A DNA stretch of 64,000 nt from positions 6,324,001 to 6,388,000 of the forward strand of contig OX597829.1 in assembly GCA_951406725.2 (NCBI GenBank), given 5' to 3'. Positions 45,149 through 58,945 of this stretch are shown piece after piece. The stretch is from Octopus vulgaris. Taxonomy: Eukaryota. Numbering within the stretch: the stretch's first letter is position 1; every line of letters begins with the position of its first letter. The translations under genes and the position numbers were made by a program. The notes beneath the pieces were generated by a model. That model was given only the letters and a program-made list of their open reading frames with translations. It did not search any database and was not told where the DNA came from.

Positions 45149-45704
45149 ACAGAAAAAGATAAAGGGTTAGAAAATTATAAAAAAGGAAAACACATTTTTG
45201 TGATTGCTCTTGTTCCAAAGCCATGATGAGAAAGTGTGTGTGTGTGCATGTGTGTGTATGTGAGTGTATCTATATGTGTGTGTGTGAGAGTGTGTTTGTG
45301 TGAGTGTGTGTGAGTGTGTATGTGTGTGAGAGAGAGAGTGTGTGGGTAGAGGTACCAATATTTAAAAGACGGATTTTAAAATTTCTTCTTTTAAAACGGC
45401 TTCCCTTCATTGTTTAGTAAGGCATGAGAAATAAATAAATAGAAAATATGGGATACCTCGACAAATACTGGGAAATTAAAACAGCTATTTTCCACAGTCT
45501 GTTTTTCCAGTCTCCAGTAAGAGTATGCGGGGCACTACGAGTAATATTTACTGCATATTTGACTTTGAAGAAATACAAATAAATGTTCACTACCTTGCCT
45601 AAACTATATCAGTAAACACCTTCTCTAAACGCAGTAAAACCTATAAAATATTCAGTACACTATTTCAGAAAATTATCAGTTTGCTTTGAACTTATAAAAG
45701 GTAA

Positions 45705-46200
45705 ATTTAGACGGGGCAAAATGGGTAAGACAAGACATTGTAACCATGCTTTTTCTGTTCTCAAGAATTAATTTTGAAAAGAGAATCATACACATAAACA
45801 GCGATCCTTAGATATCAGGAAATGCAATAAAATTTAAAACATCTTGGTCAAATAAAAGAGGATTATGGAAAGAGAGCGCGTAATATTAAATTAATGAAAC
45901 TCAACTAAATCTCAACATGAAATATTTTTTATAGCTTCTTCACTATAGTTTCTTCACCAAAAATTATTCAGATATTATATCAGCTAGCTCAGTTACAAAT
46001 GGGTCAAATCTGAGGTAAAATGTCTTGAAAATAGTACCTGTCACCAATATTTCAAACTTTTAACTTCAACAACAACTATGTAACCTATTCTGACCAAATT
46101 TTACTCCCAAAGATGATGAAATGGTAGAAAATGAAAGAAAATAACAAGAAATAAAAAAAAATATTGATTTTGATGCAGTTACCAATTTTGCCCTACTACC
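45705..46200. mobile_element. Putative MITE bounded by terminal inverted repeats
   Basis: GGGGCAAAATGGGTAA (45713-45728) pairs with TTACCAATTTTGCCCT (46179-46194). Confidence 0.5.
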
Positions 46201-46919
46201 ATTTGGTAACTCCAAGTGTTTGACAGAATGACGAAAAATATATTAAAAAATAAGAAAGAAAAAGGATTCAATTGTAAGAAACATTTGAAAATAATTGCAA
46301 TAATTCTAAATCTGAAAAAAGGTCGATTTCATTGCGCTTGAGATGCATATCACAAATATTGATTTGTTGTGTTGAGTGGAACCCAAATATCGAGCTTCTT
46401 AACGAGTCGAAGACATTTCAAGTGATTTTCAATTGTTTAGTGTGATACATTTAACATCTCTGCAATCTCTCGCAGAGTTATATGACAATCAGATCCAATT
46501 ATGGCTTTGATTCGATCATCAACTTCATTAGGTCGACCAGAACGTTGGTCATCTTTGAGTGAAAAATCTCCACATCGGAATTTTTTAAACCTTTTCTAAC
46601 ATGTGCATTCTGTTAAGCAAATACGATAAACTTCACATATCTCTTTGTGAGCCTCACCAGCTTTCTTGCATTTACGGACATAAAAAATGTAAAATATGTT
46701 GAAGATCTTCGTTATTGCACTCCATTTTAGAATTGACACTGAACTATGAGGTGTAAAGAAAATTACGAACAATTTGCTTGTAAAGTGAGCTAAAATTAAC
46801 GGCTCTGAAATTTCAAAATGAAAAAGGCGTAATATTGACAAAAGTCATTCAAAAATATCTTTTTGCGAAAAACTCTATCTTTATCAACTCTATCTTTCTG
46901 CGAAAAACGAAATTGCCAA

Positions 46920-46924
<5 letters not shown>
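46200..46924 (-). mobile_element. Mariner transposon remnant
   Basis: Decayed protein reads AHKEICEVY..KKFRCGDFSLKDDQRSGRPNEVDDRIKAII..HITLREIAEMLNVSH and KKLDIWVP. TIR-like TGAGTTGGCAATTTCG lies next to (TA)n. Confidence 0.82.
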
Positions 46925-46975
<51 letters not shown>

Positions 46976-46980
46976 TATAT

Positions 46981-47079
<99 letters not shown>

Positions 47080-47149
47080 CACACACATACCGATGTATGT
47101 ATGTATGTATGATTTTTCTTTGAGTTCATCTTAGATCTTCTCGAGAGAG

Positions 47150-48400
47150 TTCAAGCCAGTTGCTAACAAAACATGGACAAATTTTAGAATGTCTTACAAA
47201 TGTTCATTCTACCATTAATACATTGGATTTGAAAAATCCGAGTTAGTTTCATTTGCTCTACTCCAGTGAAACCGAGTATGTTAAGGTTTTTGTGCAAATT
47301 TGTGGGAACATAGTCTAATGCACTTATTTTCACAGGTACAAATGAAATGCAAATTCAGAGTACAAGACCTGTAATTTCTGCATTAATTCACCATAAATAT
47401 TCTATTTTACCTGAACATTCGATTGTACATTAAACATCCATTGGGCAGCTGACCTCTACAACAATATAAGCTGTTATGTTTGCACCGAATTGATGTTTTA
47501 ATGGGGTGTTCCATCAGTATTCTTTGTTTTTTAAAGGTGTGAATGTTTTTTGGCTCTGACATGCCTTTGAAGTATACGTCAGGGCAGTTCTTCCCACGGA
47601 TAACATTGTGAATATTCTATGCACAACTGAACCACAACGTAGAGATTCGGTGCTATCTTTGTCCCTCTTGTTTATCAGGTATTTAGCGGCTATATCCTAT
47701 TCTGGGATAGCAAAGACATCCCTTCTAGGTGGGTTGTAATGTATATATCGCAGGTCCAGGAAAGGATACTCTTCCTGTCAATGCTGTTGTTTCCCTCTTA
47801 CATAGCTTACGGGATATATACTCACGTATTGCTTTATGCTGGTATGATGCCTGCTTCTCTTCAAAACTTCTAGTTAGATAGGCCAGTCAAGCCTCCTGTG
47901 GATCGCATGTGTCATCTGTATTCTCATAGAATCCATTACATTTTTTAAGAAGTCTCAGTAGTTCTCTAACTCTGAAGACGTTGTTGCTCTCACTTTTGAG
48001 TATGTATGGAATGTACTCATTTTTTCTTTACTGTTCAGCGGTTGTCACATGTCCGTGTAGTTGTAGCGGTTGTTATTGTTGTGTTCGTCTTGGTCGTGTT
48101 TTCTGCCGATCACAGTCACTTCGCAGAAGATGCTTACTCTGTTGTTAACACGAATATTATCATTTGTGCATTTTGGCTGGGAGATTTTGTTTGCTAAGGT
48201 GACATATTTCTTTTCAAGAAAAGTACCTTACTGGCGTAATTGAGCTGCTGAAAATTTTGAGAATGTTGGGCATTCCATATCCCAATATTCCTTAAGTCTC
48301 TTCATGTAGCCTTTCGAAGGATCTTCACAACACTTTCAGTAGAACTGGTATTGGTATTGGTTCAGTTCACAAGTCTACTGGAACTTTTTTTATCTGGATA
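47150..48400 (-). mobile_element. Decayed R4/Dong-like LINE N-terminal region
   Basis: EDPSKGYMKRLKEYWDMECPTFSKFSAAQLRQ at about 48230-48330 resembles the N-terminal GY.KR....W......L..Q motif of R4-clade ORFs. The left boundary is uncertain. Confidence 0.4.
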
Positions 48401-48559
48401 GCTAACTATCGATTCTTTGAATGTGTGTATGTATACATTGATTGATAGATTGATTGAGTGATTGCTCTATAACTATTCTTAGATATGGATTAGTAAGTCT
48501 GTAAGTCAAATTATCTGGGTTTATAGAATTTTAATCTTCATGTAGCAATGTAGGGCTTC

Positions 48560-50150
48560 CTACGTTAAGTATTTCTTCGCTGTAAGAGCCACGAGTACCA
48601 AAATATAATTGTCGTGACATAAACATGCACATCCTCACTGAAGACTTCCATATTCTTTGGAATTGACCATTTTATATGCATGAAGATTTTGTGGACATAT
48701 ATTTCTATTTAGACTTCTCCTGATATTATTCTAATCCTTCTTGAAACTATGTAAATTCTATGAAAACTGTCTTTTCATAAATCACCGGGAACTGATTCAG
48801 CTGGTTATTGATACATAAGTGAGCGATGGTAAAACGATTATTAACAACCTAACTTGAATTTTATTTTTGATGGGGTCTGCAGACCCCATTTCCCAAGATT
48901 TCAATGGGGCTAAACTTATTCATCCGTTTGAGTAAAAATAGAACAAACTGAATTTCTGGCAGTCTTGGTAAGAATACTCCTGAATCAGCTCATTCACTAT
49001 CATACCAATACAATCTACTTCCAGAGAACCAATATGGATGTCGATGGAAAATGGACACAACTGTTATGATCTTCACTCTAAAATAATCTGAAAGAAATGT
49101 TTAACATCATTTGTTGATCCTATGAAGGCGTATGGTGTTTGCGGAAAATATTTCCAAATATGGTTATCTAATCATGTTTGTGTATTTTGTGCGGAAATTG
49201 CATGATGGCATGTGGCGAATTTTTGATGAAATGGAAATATGAATACTTCTCCTCCGCAAATGCTGTGGAACAGCATTGTTTAATTTTTGTTTACATTCTT
49301 TCTTTTTTTTGCAGTTACCCTTTTTAAATTATAAATTATGATGTATGTGGTTTCCAGAATATAGTATTGATATTGGGTACAGCTATGGTAGAAAATGTGT
49401 ATCTTTGCAAATTGCAAGTAAAAAACAAATCATAAGCTTATAAGTATCTGTGCTTTCTGAATAACTGTTGCTTTCAAATAGTTGAGAATTACTTGTGCCT
49501 GATGAGTCTACTATGCAATGCATATGTCGATCACTTCTCAAAGGTTTGTAACAATTTTGGATTCACTACTAGCTTGGCAAAAACAGTTCTTCATCTAGTC
49601 ATCCCTTGTCTTGCGGAAAGCGTTCCTCTTGAAATATAAGTAAGTGGAACTAAGTTGTAAAATATAAACAACTTAGAATATCTTGGAGGTACATGGTTCT
49701 CAAATGTTTGCAATAATACTGAGGTGATTTCATGTATCGGAGAGCTGGATCCTGCTTTTGGTAAACTGCAGCATGCGGTACCGCACAATCGACTTATCTG
49801 TGTTGATACCAAAACTACGATTTATAATACTGTCATCCACCCTAGTTTACTTTAAGAAAAGTTTGGCGAGTGTACCTGTGCCATGCAAAAAAGCTAATAT
49901 CACTTCTAAGAAAGATTGTAAGCGTAAGTGACAGGATGAAATTTCCAATACAGTGGTCCTAAGTTGTACTAATTACCCTAGATTATTTGGTAAGCTGGGT
50001 GACACATTGTCTGAATGGTTGGCTGTCGATAGCAGTTCTTGTACCCATTTGTAGCAAATGCAGGGTGGTTGTTGAAGCATCGTACAAAAGATGAAAAATG
50101 CAAGAAAAGCAAGACTTGAATAATCAATCAAATCCCACTGGAGAATATTG
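48560..50150 (-). mobile_element. Highly decayed Helitron RepHel (Pif1-like helicase) remnant
   Basis: Weak motifs occur in the expected order: FLHGTG..F...TRVD (cf. LLHVPG.TSF..LRTVD), IVDSSGTSNS (cf. IDGPGGTGKT), CGGEVFIF...IWKYF (cf. FGGK....LW..F), and AYKMVNSKEYGSLQ (cf. AFAMTINKSQGQSL). Confidence 0.4.
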
Positions 50151-50891
50151 TTGGAGACATGGAAAGCAAGTTAACACCAGCAGCTCAAAGTCATTTTGTT
50201 CTTTACGAATCTTATAGCAGAGGCCGAATCACAACAAATCAGTCTTGGTGTAACTGAACACCGGCATGTGGCGCCTGAGACATATATATATATCCTTACT
50301 AGAAAGGATCTTCTCAGTTATACAACGCGTAAAAGGGAAATCACCTACTTCTCTCCTCTACCTCCTCCATTTCCCCCGCTTCCTATTTTTTCTGAAGTTG
50401 CCACATATGGTCTTCAGATTTAGGGAAAACGTATATATATATGTATAAATACGTATACATTCGCACGCATACGCACGCGCGCATAAACACACACACATCC
50501 ATTCATACGTATAAATATGCATAACTATATGCATTCACACATGCATAGTACATGCATACACACATCCATATTTTTCCCCATACAAATACTGAGTATCTCC
50601 AGATTCCTCATTTTCACACTACTTTCCAAAACTATGAAGTTGTAAATAAATCTAATTAAAGACTCTAAGCGCACGGCCAGTTTAATTTCTTATTGTAAAT
50701 GTATGTATATATGTTGAATGTATGCTTGTATATATATAGGAATATGTGCGTATATATGTATAAATGTATAAATAAATACGGGAGTGTGTGTGTGTGTAAA
50801 GTGAGAGAGAGAGGGAAATATATGCGTATGTTTATTTATACATACTGTTTTCAGCATTCATGTAATGCATATAGTTAATTTAGTAAGTCAG

Positions 50892-50996
<105 letters not shown>

Positions 50997-51001
50997 ATAT
51001 A

Positions 51002-51033
<32 letters not shown>

Positions 51034-51053
51034 CTTTCTCTCTCTCTCTCTCT

Positions 51054-51098
<45 letters not shown>

Positions 51099-51317
51099 CT
51101 CCGTCCGTTACAACGATTATTTTTCCTTGATCCGATCAACGGAACACCCTGCTTTTGAAATGAACATGAAGGTGGCTGAGCATTCCACAGACTCAGGTAC
51201 CGTTAACGTAGTTCTCAGGTAGATTCAGTGTGACACGGAATGAGACAAGTCTGTTCCCTTGAATTACAGGCACTACTCATTTTTGCCAGTTGAAGGAAAC
51301 TGGAGCAATTTAAAAGA

Positions 51318-51740
51318 AAGCAAATTAAATAAAATTTGGGATTTTTTGCGGAGGGCTAAAAGTGTTAACTCTTGAGGAGACAAATTATGAGAGAGACAGA
51401 ATAGTCCCCATCGTTTGTTTTTACTGTGTTCTGTCTTTTACTGTTTTTACTTTTATTATTTTTACTGTCTTCTTTTCGTCTTAATATCTTGTTCTTGTTA
51501 CCACTTTTAACCCACCGCAAAAAATCTCAAATTTTATTTAATTTGCTTTGCGGGAAGGACTGTTTCAACGAAGCCACGTCTTGTTCTTAGCTTCGAACGC
51601 GGAGTAGACGAAACAGGGACAACTGAAGAAAGGGAATATTCCTTGTGTTGTATGTCTTGTAATTTGCATTTTTTGTTGTTTGAAAAATAGTTCGTTTCTA
51701 TGTTTTTGTTTTTATGTTTTCATTTCTCATTGCTTCTATT
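51318..51740 (+). mobile_element. Short repetitive element with an inverted 5' segment (Penelope-like layout); related copies at 12357-12525 (+) and 20430-20745 (-)
   Basis: 51318-51369 is the approximate reverse complement of 51497-51549. GCGGAGTAGACGAAACAG.GACAACTGAAGAA..GGAATATTC is shared with about 12365-12410. Confidence 0.6.
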
Positions 51741-52340
51741 GTGGCGAATTTACAGCCTCTGGTTAGATACATGATATCTTACATAGTCGCACAAAGACAC
51801 TTTTCGATGGTGCTTTCCTCCAGGTGTTCAAATTTCTTTTTTTCTCTACGTTGTATACTTTATAGACAATAGTCTTTTCTTTAATTTTATTTTTTATTTC
51901 GTTTGGTGGTGTCATCCTAGATTCACCGTCTTTGTCGGTGATCAATCCGAAATAGGTTTGTATTTCTTCCATTTTAATTTTAATGAGTTGGTGCCCGCCG
52001 ACGGCAGCAGCGAAATTCATTTTTGGACTTTCTTCTATCGAAGGCATTTTAACAAAAATGCTTCCGTATAAACGGTGAAAATATTGTCAATTCAATTTTT
52101 AAACAATAACCAAAGCTCCTTCTCCCAAAGGGGGAGGGTTACGGTTTACAATTATTTAACAAATACAACACAACAACGTTTCCCTTACGAGGAACCAACA
52201 AACGTGATAACAATAGTTAAACAATAATAATAATAACAACAAACCTTACGGTGAATCAAAAAGCAGTACGCAGCTGAAGCTATAGTCCTTTATGTATAAG
52301 AAATAAACCAACAGCAGTACTCAGTAGAAGTGCTGTTCGA
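51740..52340 (-). mobile_element. Possible LINE 5' end with the start of ORF1
   Basis: Non-repetitive ORF 51763-52047 contains NFAAAVG (a SYA.A.-like ORF1 motif) and is preceded by a UTR-like segment. Confidence 0.25.
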
Positions 52341-52699
52341 GAATGTCTGTGCGAGAAAACAGATATTCCATACAGCCAAAGTTCATACAGATACTTAATG
52401 CTAGCTAATTAGCAGATAATCTAATGTAAAAGCCGTGGTAAAGGGTATGTGCACAGCTCCATCTGGACTATTCCATTTCTGCAAACTAATTTTATTTTAA
52501 ATTTGTTCCCATTCATGTGAAACCACTTATTCAAGTTCAAGTCATTGATGCACTTTTATACCAATTGCTATTTTTACTTTTAATTGTTATGTTATGATTT
52601 AATTATTATATTATACTTTAGTTTGATTTTAATTATTACTTACTACATATAATTCAATTGTTATTATAATCTCTAATTTTTATTGTTAAAGTGAAAGTA

Positions 52700-52948
52700 T
52701 CTGACATAAAATAGAGAAATGTTTTTGTTTCCCTTTTAACATGTACTACTGAAATCGTGGAGAAGATATGATATTGCTATGGGCTCGCCCTAGGCAAGAA
52801 GTTGAACAATTTTTTTGCCCATGAAACTACATGGACCCTAAGTAAGTCATGTGTAAAATTTGAATGAAATTGGTTGTGTAGTTCTCAAGTTTTAGGGAAA
52901 CAGACAGACAGACAGACAGACACACATTCTCAGTTTTATATATAGAGA
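52700..52948 (-). mobile_element. Non-autonomous Helitron 5' terminus
   Basis: Minus strand A|TCTCTATATATAAAACTGAGAATGTGTGTCTGTCTGTCTG shows a TC start, an AT-rich leader and (GTCT)n. No 3' CTRR end was located. Confidence 0.5.
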
Positions 52949-54688
52949 TTTATAATATACATATATGCTCGCACGCGCACGCTTACATACGCCCACCTAG
53001 GGATACATGTAAATAGGTGTATATATTTGTATTTATATGCATATTACGGTTTTAAAAGTTTGTTGTGTTACCTAGGTGGTATTAATAAAAGCGATTCAAT
53101 TCGAAAAGGAAATACAGGTTCCAGTGAACCTGGTAGCCATTATGGTTAGTTCTCCATAGATATGCATTCCTAAGACAAAAAAAAAAAAAATTCTAAGTAA
53201 AATCTGAATTTTAATTGTTCTATCTGTTTTCTTTTGATTTGTTTTTACTGAGAATGATGTGAGTTAATTTAAAGCTGACTATAATTAAAGTTTTTTTCTG
53301 TGATATTTTCAGTGTCAGGAATTACAAGGTAAATCCTAGCAGAATCTGCAGCAATTTGGCATCAATTCCTGCACCCCACCACACACACACATTCTAAATC
53401 CGGTTACTACATAGTGTATCAAAGTAGCCTTCTTTTAATTAGCGCAGTATACATTTCTCTCTCTCTGTCTCTCTCTCCCTCTCAGTTTGTAGGTATTTAA
53501 CCTCAAGGATGTACTTCGTTCAATGACATCCACGGAGTGACAATCACATTATAATGTATATCTACGTCTACATTGTATCATTTGTCTTTAAGAAGTCACA
53601 ATTTCATTTGAGTCATTATACTATTATATGTATCAGGTCGAGTGACATAGTTGTGTTATCTCCTCTCTTCGGATTTTACTGTTAGAATTAATGGGCAAGC
53701 ATTCTACTTATAGCTGTATTGCCATTATTCTGAAGTGTATACATATAGTATGTCTAAAATATGGTATAAACATACTTTTATTTAATTCTGCGCCAAATAC
53801 CCTAACCTACACGCATTACAGTAAACACGGTTAGGTTGAAAAAGATATGCGACTTTCCTATGCTCTTGAACAGACTGATTTGAAGAAGCATTAAAAAGCA
53901 ATGTTCAATTACTTAGGAACTATCGTATTTTCACTAATGCTTCAATTCATTTCACTAATGCGTCGAAGAAATAAGACTTTGTTTTTCAAACTAGAACAAG
54001 CATTCATGTCTGCAATGTAACTCCATTTTGAACAACAACATTATGCAAGCTCTGCCCCATTAATTGTCAGGATTACTGCCCAACGCGACATGCCAGCCAG
54101 TAAAGAGTCTCCATGTATCCACTTAAAGTACTAGACACAGCAGCTAAACATCACTCAGCCTATACAGCTAAGCCTTAATAATGAGAAAGGTAACAGTGGA
54201 TAATGTAGTTCTTGATACACAAACATACAGAATGGTTATGTGTGGATTGTATTCAATCAACTGAGTGGTCAATGATGGCGAAGGCCAATAACCAAATGTA
54301 TAAAGACGTTTTTGTTATTGCATAAATGCTGTTTAGTAAAACTACAAAGAAGAAATTAAACTAAAAATGTTAAATGTATTGATAGGGATAGTTATAGAAA
54401 CTCACGCACTTTAAGCCAGCGACATTTCAAAGTGTGTACATGTGTGTGTCTGCCTAAATACAAACAAAGCACAAACACAATTGTCTGACCAATAAATACA
54501 AATATGCACACATCTGCACGCAGAATTATATATATATATGTCTGTGTGTGTGTGTGTGTACTTGCATATACACATAGTCAGATACATACGTAATACATAT
54601 ATATAAAGATGAATGTGCATATGTAAGCGCATGTCATTTTGAATATGGAAGTGAAATTTATTTTATATTACACTCACAAACACACACT

Positions 54689-54751
<63 letters not shown>

Positions 54752-55070
54752 GAAAGTGCGTATAAGTATATATTTATATACATGTGTGTGTGCGCGCGCG
54801 TTTGTGTTTCGATGATGTTTCTAATAGAACTCAATCTCTTATACAGTAAATGAAGAGTAATAAATACAAATACATAGAATGGAGAAAATTCCTATTTCGA
54901 AAATATGTTTTGAATATGTTATGCATTATAACATGAAGAATATAATCATGTTGAAAAATTATGTTTGTTTAGCAATCAATAAACAATATAAGATTAGGTA
55001 AATTCTGAGAATAAATGTATTACTTACGTGTCTTTTCATATATTTTTCGTGATCATCATTGAATTATATT

Positions 55071-55152
<82 letters not shown>

Positions 55153-55153
55153 C

Positions 55154-55238
<85 letters not shown>

Positions 55239-55371
55239 TATATATCAGTCCTCTACCTATCTGTCTGTCTTTCTGTTTCTTTATATTTATATGCGTGTGT
55301 GTGTGTGTGTGTGTATGCGTTTATGTGTGTTTACATTCGCGTGCGTGTGTGTGTATGTGTTTGTGTGTGTT

Positions 55372-55404
<33 letters not shown>

Positions 55405-55973
55405 CTACACACACGTATACATATCGTAGAACACTCCGCAGGATCCGCTCCGCCTATTTCCTTCATCCTTTCCCACATACTCATTCCCACCCAAACGATT
55501 CGCTACTGCATCCTTCCCTCCGTACATATTTATAAATATAAATACATTTATCTATTTCTGTTTGCGTTGAGATCCGACGAATCTAGTTTTATAATACCGT
55601 CCCAAAAGAGAAAAATTCGTTGATGGTCGTAATGACGAGAAACTCGCTTTGCAAAATAAAGAATGCAGTTCAGGTAAACAAAATCCCATGCTCGTAATGT
55701 CTGTAGAAGATTTGCGGGCAGCCTTCGATATTTTCTATCGAAAAGAGATTTTTATGCCAATATAGTAGTATTTATAGTATTATATGTATTTCGAGGTCCA
55801 ATAAACAAAAAAAGAGTGGGAGAGAAGAGAATATAATCTATATCATATACTGAATACGCTGTTTCTTTTTTGTTACAAATCAACACCTAGTGTATACATA
55901 CATTAGCGCAAGATATATCCATGTATTTTACATAGTTATATATATATATATATATATATACATTTGTACATTA

Positions 55974-56800
55974 TATAAGGTACATTCCAAAAGATCTGAG
56001 ACTTATTTTGGGAGGGGTAGTTGTAAGTGCCTTGGATTATTGTACTTTTACTGTATCATTACTGTACATCTTATAAAGTGCCCAGCCAACTTTTGTTATT
56101 CCAAATTAAACGGCTCTTTGAGCATACCCTAATACAGAATGCTTGTCACAGCTGACTAGTTTGAAGAATGCAGTCGGAGAGTAAAGGCTCCAAACTCTTC
56201 AAGAATTAACTTGTATTTACTGAGCATTTGTTTTTTGCTGGCAAGAAGTTTCAAGGACGGTAGAGAGGAGGTGAGTGTTGATAGTTGGTGTAGGAGGGTG
56301 ACGGATGTCAGGACATCAAAGCTGGTTGAGAAAATATTAACTGGATGAGGACTGTGGTGTGTCTATAGAGATAATAAACATTCAGTTTAGAATTGGTGTT
56401 TCAACTGTCCTCATAATTATTCATGAAGATCTGAATGTTCGTAAAATTTGTGTAAGGTTTGGTCCCAGGGGATTCAGTGACGTACAGAAGAAAGGAAAGA
56501 GTACTTTGTGAAGATTTTGAGTGAGGTCAGAAAGAGGTTCCGTCCCAAAAGGTCAGAATTCATCAAGTGGAGCCGGTGGCACCTGCACCAGAGAAATTCT
56601 CCAGTCCACAATTCCAACTTGGTAACCAACTGCTTGACAGAGATGGGCATTAAAACTGTCGCTCCTCCTCTTCCTTATATTCCGGCTCTTGTCCCCTGTG
56701 AATTTTCGTTGTTCTCAAAACTGAAGGAGATCCTCAGGAAAATTAGCTTTGAACATGAAGGAGGCTGTAACAAGAGTCCTTCCCTTTGGAAGACGTACAT
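55974..56800 (+). mobile_element. Mariner transposon remnant (internally deleted)
   Basis: GVSIEIINIQFRIGVSTVLIIIHEDLNVRKICVRFGPR, then WHLHQRNSPVH...YIPALVPCEFSLFSKLK (decayed HDNA and YSPDLAPCDF motifs). Confidence 0.8.
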
Positions 56801-58413
56801 AAGAAAGCTATATTTCATGATGTCAATAGCATGTGTATAAAATGTAAGATTTACTATAATTCAAATATATATCACTGCTTAAATCTAAATTCCTCCTTGC
56901 ACTTAGATCAAGACCGAGAGGCCGATGAGCAGGGCTAATCCACCACTTAACTTACGACACCTACTCGCCGACCTAGCAATTTTCATATTTGCTGGTTTTC
57001 ACAAAAACACATCATGCTAATAAGAAGCAGAAAATAACCCACAAACTAAAGTTTAGCAGAAAATGGCTAACTAAAATTAGATGCAGATAAACATACAAAG
57101 CATAAAACTTGTTACATCACACCTATTTAGATTTAAATATCATAAAAATGAGATTTGTTAACCCTAAATACTCACTCAAAATTTAGGGAGAAGTAGTTGT
57201 CTGTAAACATTTTTACAAGATTCCGTCAATTTCAGCATTCAGAAGGTTACTTTCTTTTTTAATGCAATAATGATGTATCTGATTTCAGTAATATCACTAG
57301 TATAATTTTGTAAATTAGCAGAATGCCTTACAGTACAGTCTATAACTAAGTGCATTCTTCGGCGACTTTTAGAATTCGATACAAGTTTCATTCCTAATAA
57401 ATATTAATATTATCAACGCTATAAAATATTTTACGTTGTACGATAATTGTTTGGTCGGAAGTATTTGATAATATCCGAGGGCTTTACGATTCTTTAATTT
57501 TTAGAATTGCATACCGCAAATTTACTGGACTGTACTTTTGATTAGATTCTTCTTTGCCAAGTTTGGTCATTAATTAAGACAAAAGTCTCCTTATTTTAAT
57601 GCAATATAAATATGGTAAAGGTGAGAGAAAGAATTGCAGATATCAAAATTTATCCCAACCATCGCCCAATATTTTTTTAAAAATTAGCTAAGATCATAAG
57701 TTTATTGTCTGAGAAACAATCGTTCAAAACTTCTACAAATTACTGAAAGATCTTGAAATAAAATAGCTTCAAATATAGAATACCGTTTATGTTCATAAAC
57801 TCGGGAAATGAACCGAAATAGAAACATTCACAAAATTAAAATTAACTGCATAATTTTCACTGTCCGTCGCTAAGACTTTCATAACCTTCGAAACAACTAT
57901 TTCCTCAAACACACGCGCGCGCGAGCGCATGAACGCACGCACAGCCATGGGTACTTTAATAAGATTGTCAATAAAGTGAGCTACAGTTGTTCCCCAAAAC
58001 AAAAACAACAAATTTTTCTCACGTAGCTAATTTAAATAAAATCAACAGAAAAAAGTAGGATCATTAGTCTTAAATTCATCAGACACATTTGAATATCATA
58101 AAATAATTTTCAAAACACAAATGTTCATTAACAAACTGGAGAAAACCTAGAGATAAGAGAGTCGACACCAATATTTCAAACATGAAACTGCTTATTTTTT
58201 CTCTATTATGGAATAATTGTTTAACCCTTATGAATTACTTCAGCTGTATTATGCTTGTAAATTTATGCAGTCTGTTGTAATAGAGGTCAAGTTTTTTCCT
58301 TAACTAAATCCTGTTTTCCAAAATATTATAATTCGCTAATTATATAGAATACGTCCATTATAGATCTGAGAAGACCATAATGCAAATGATAACTCGATCT
58401 ACAGACATGAAGA

Positions 58414-58945
58414 TTTTATTACCCAGCGCGCGTAAGCGAAAGCAGGGTATTGTAATCACTCGTCTGTTTGTCCGTGTGTTGGAAATATTAGGCAGAAATG
58501 CTCATCGGTGGGTGGCTCGAAATGATGATCATCTGGTTTGGTTATCTTTAAAAAAATCGAACTTACAAATTTCCCGATAAGCAAGTGGTCATATTGTTTT
58601 GTTCACTTTCTTTTTCAGATGAATCGACCCGCGCCTGCATGTGTATAAATCTTGGTGTACCTATGTGTGTAGACTCGTGTGCGTACATACATGCATAGAT
58701 ATGCGACTACGTGTGTGTGTGTGTACACTAATGGATTCGGGACTCTCGTTTATTTACGAGTCGATTTCTTAATAACACCGTAGTATAAATACTTATAATA
58801 GTGATAATTATGAAAAAAAAAAAATGCTTAATTCAGTTCAGTTAAAAAGCATGGGTAAGCAATGTATTGTAAGCCACACAATAATTTGCAAATAAATTTA
58901 TCTGCACACAGGGTATGCATCGCTCCTCCGATACCCTATTTTTTT
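58414..58945 (+). mobile_element. DINE-1/HINE-like non-autonomous Helentron element
   Basis: 5' end is TTTTATTACCC...AGGGTATT (inverted pair) followed by a GTCTGTTTGTCCGT tract. 3' end is AGGGTAT, then a hairpin ATCG(CTCCTC)CGAT, then ACCCT and a T-run. Confidence 0.62.
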
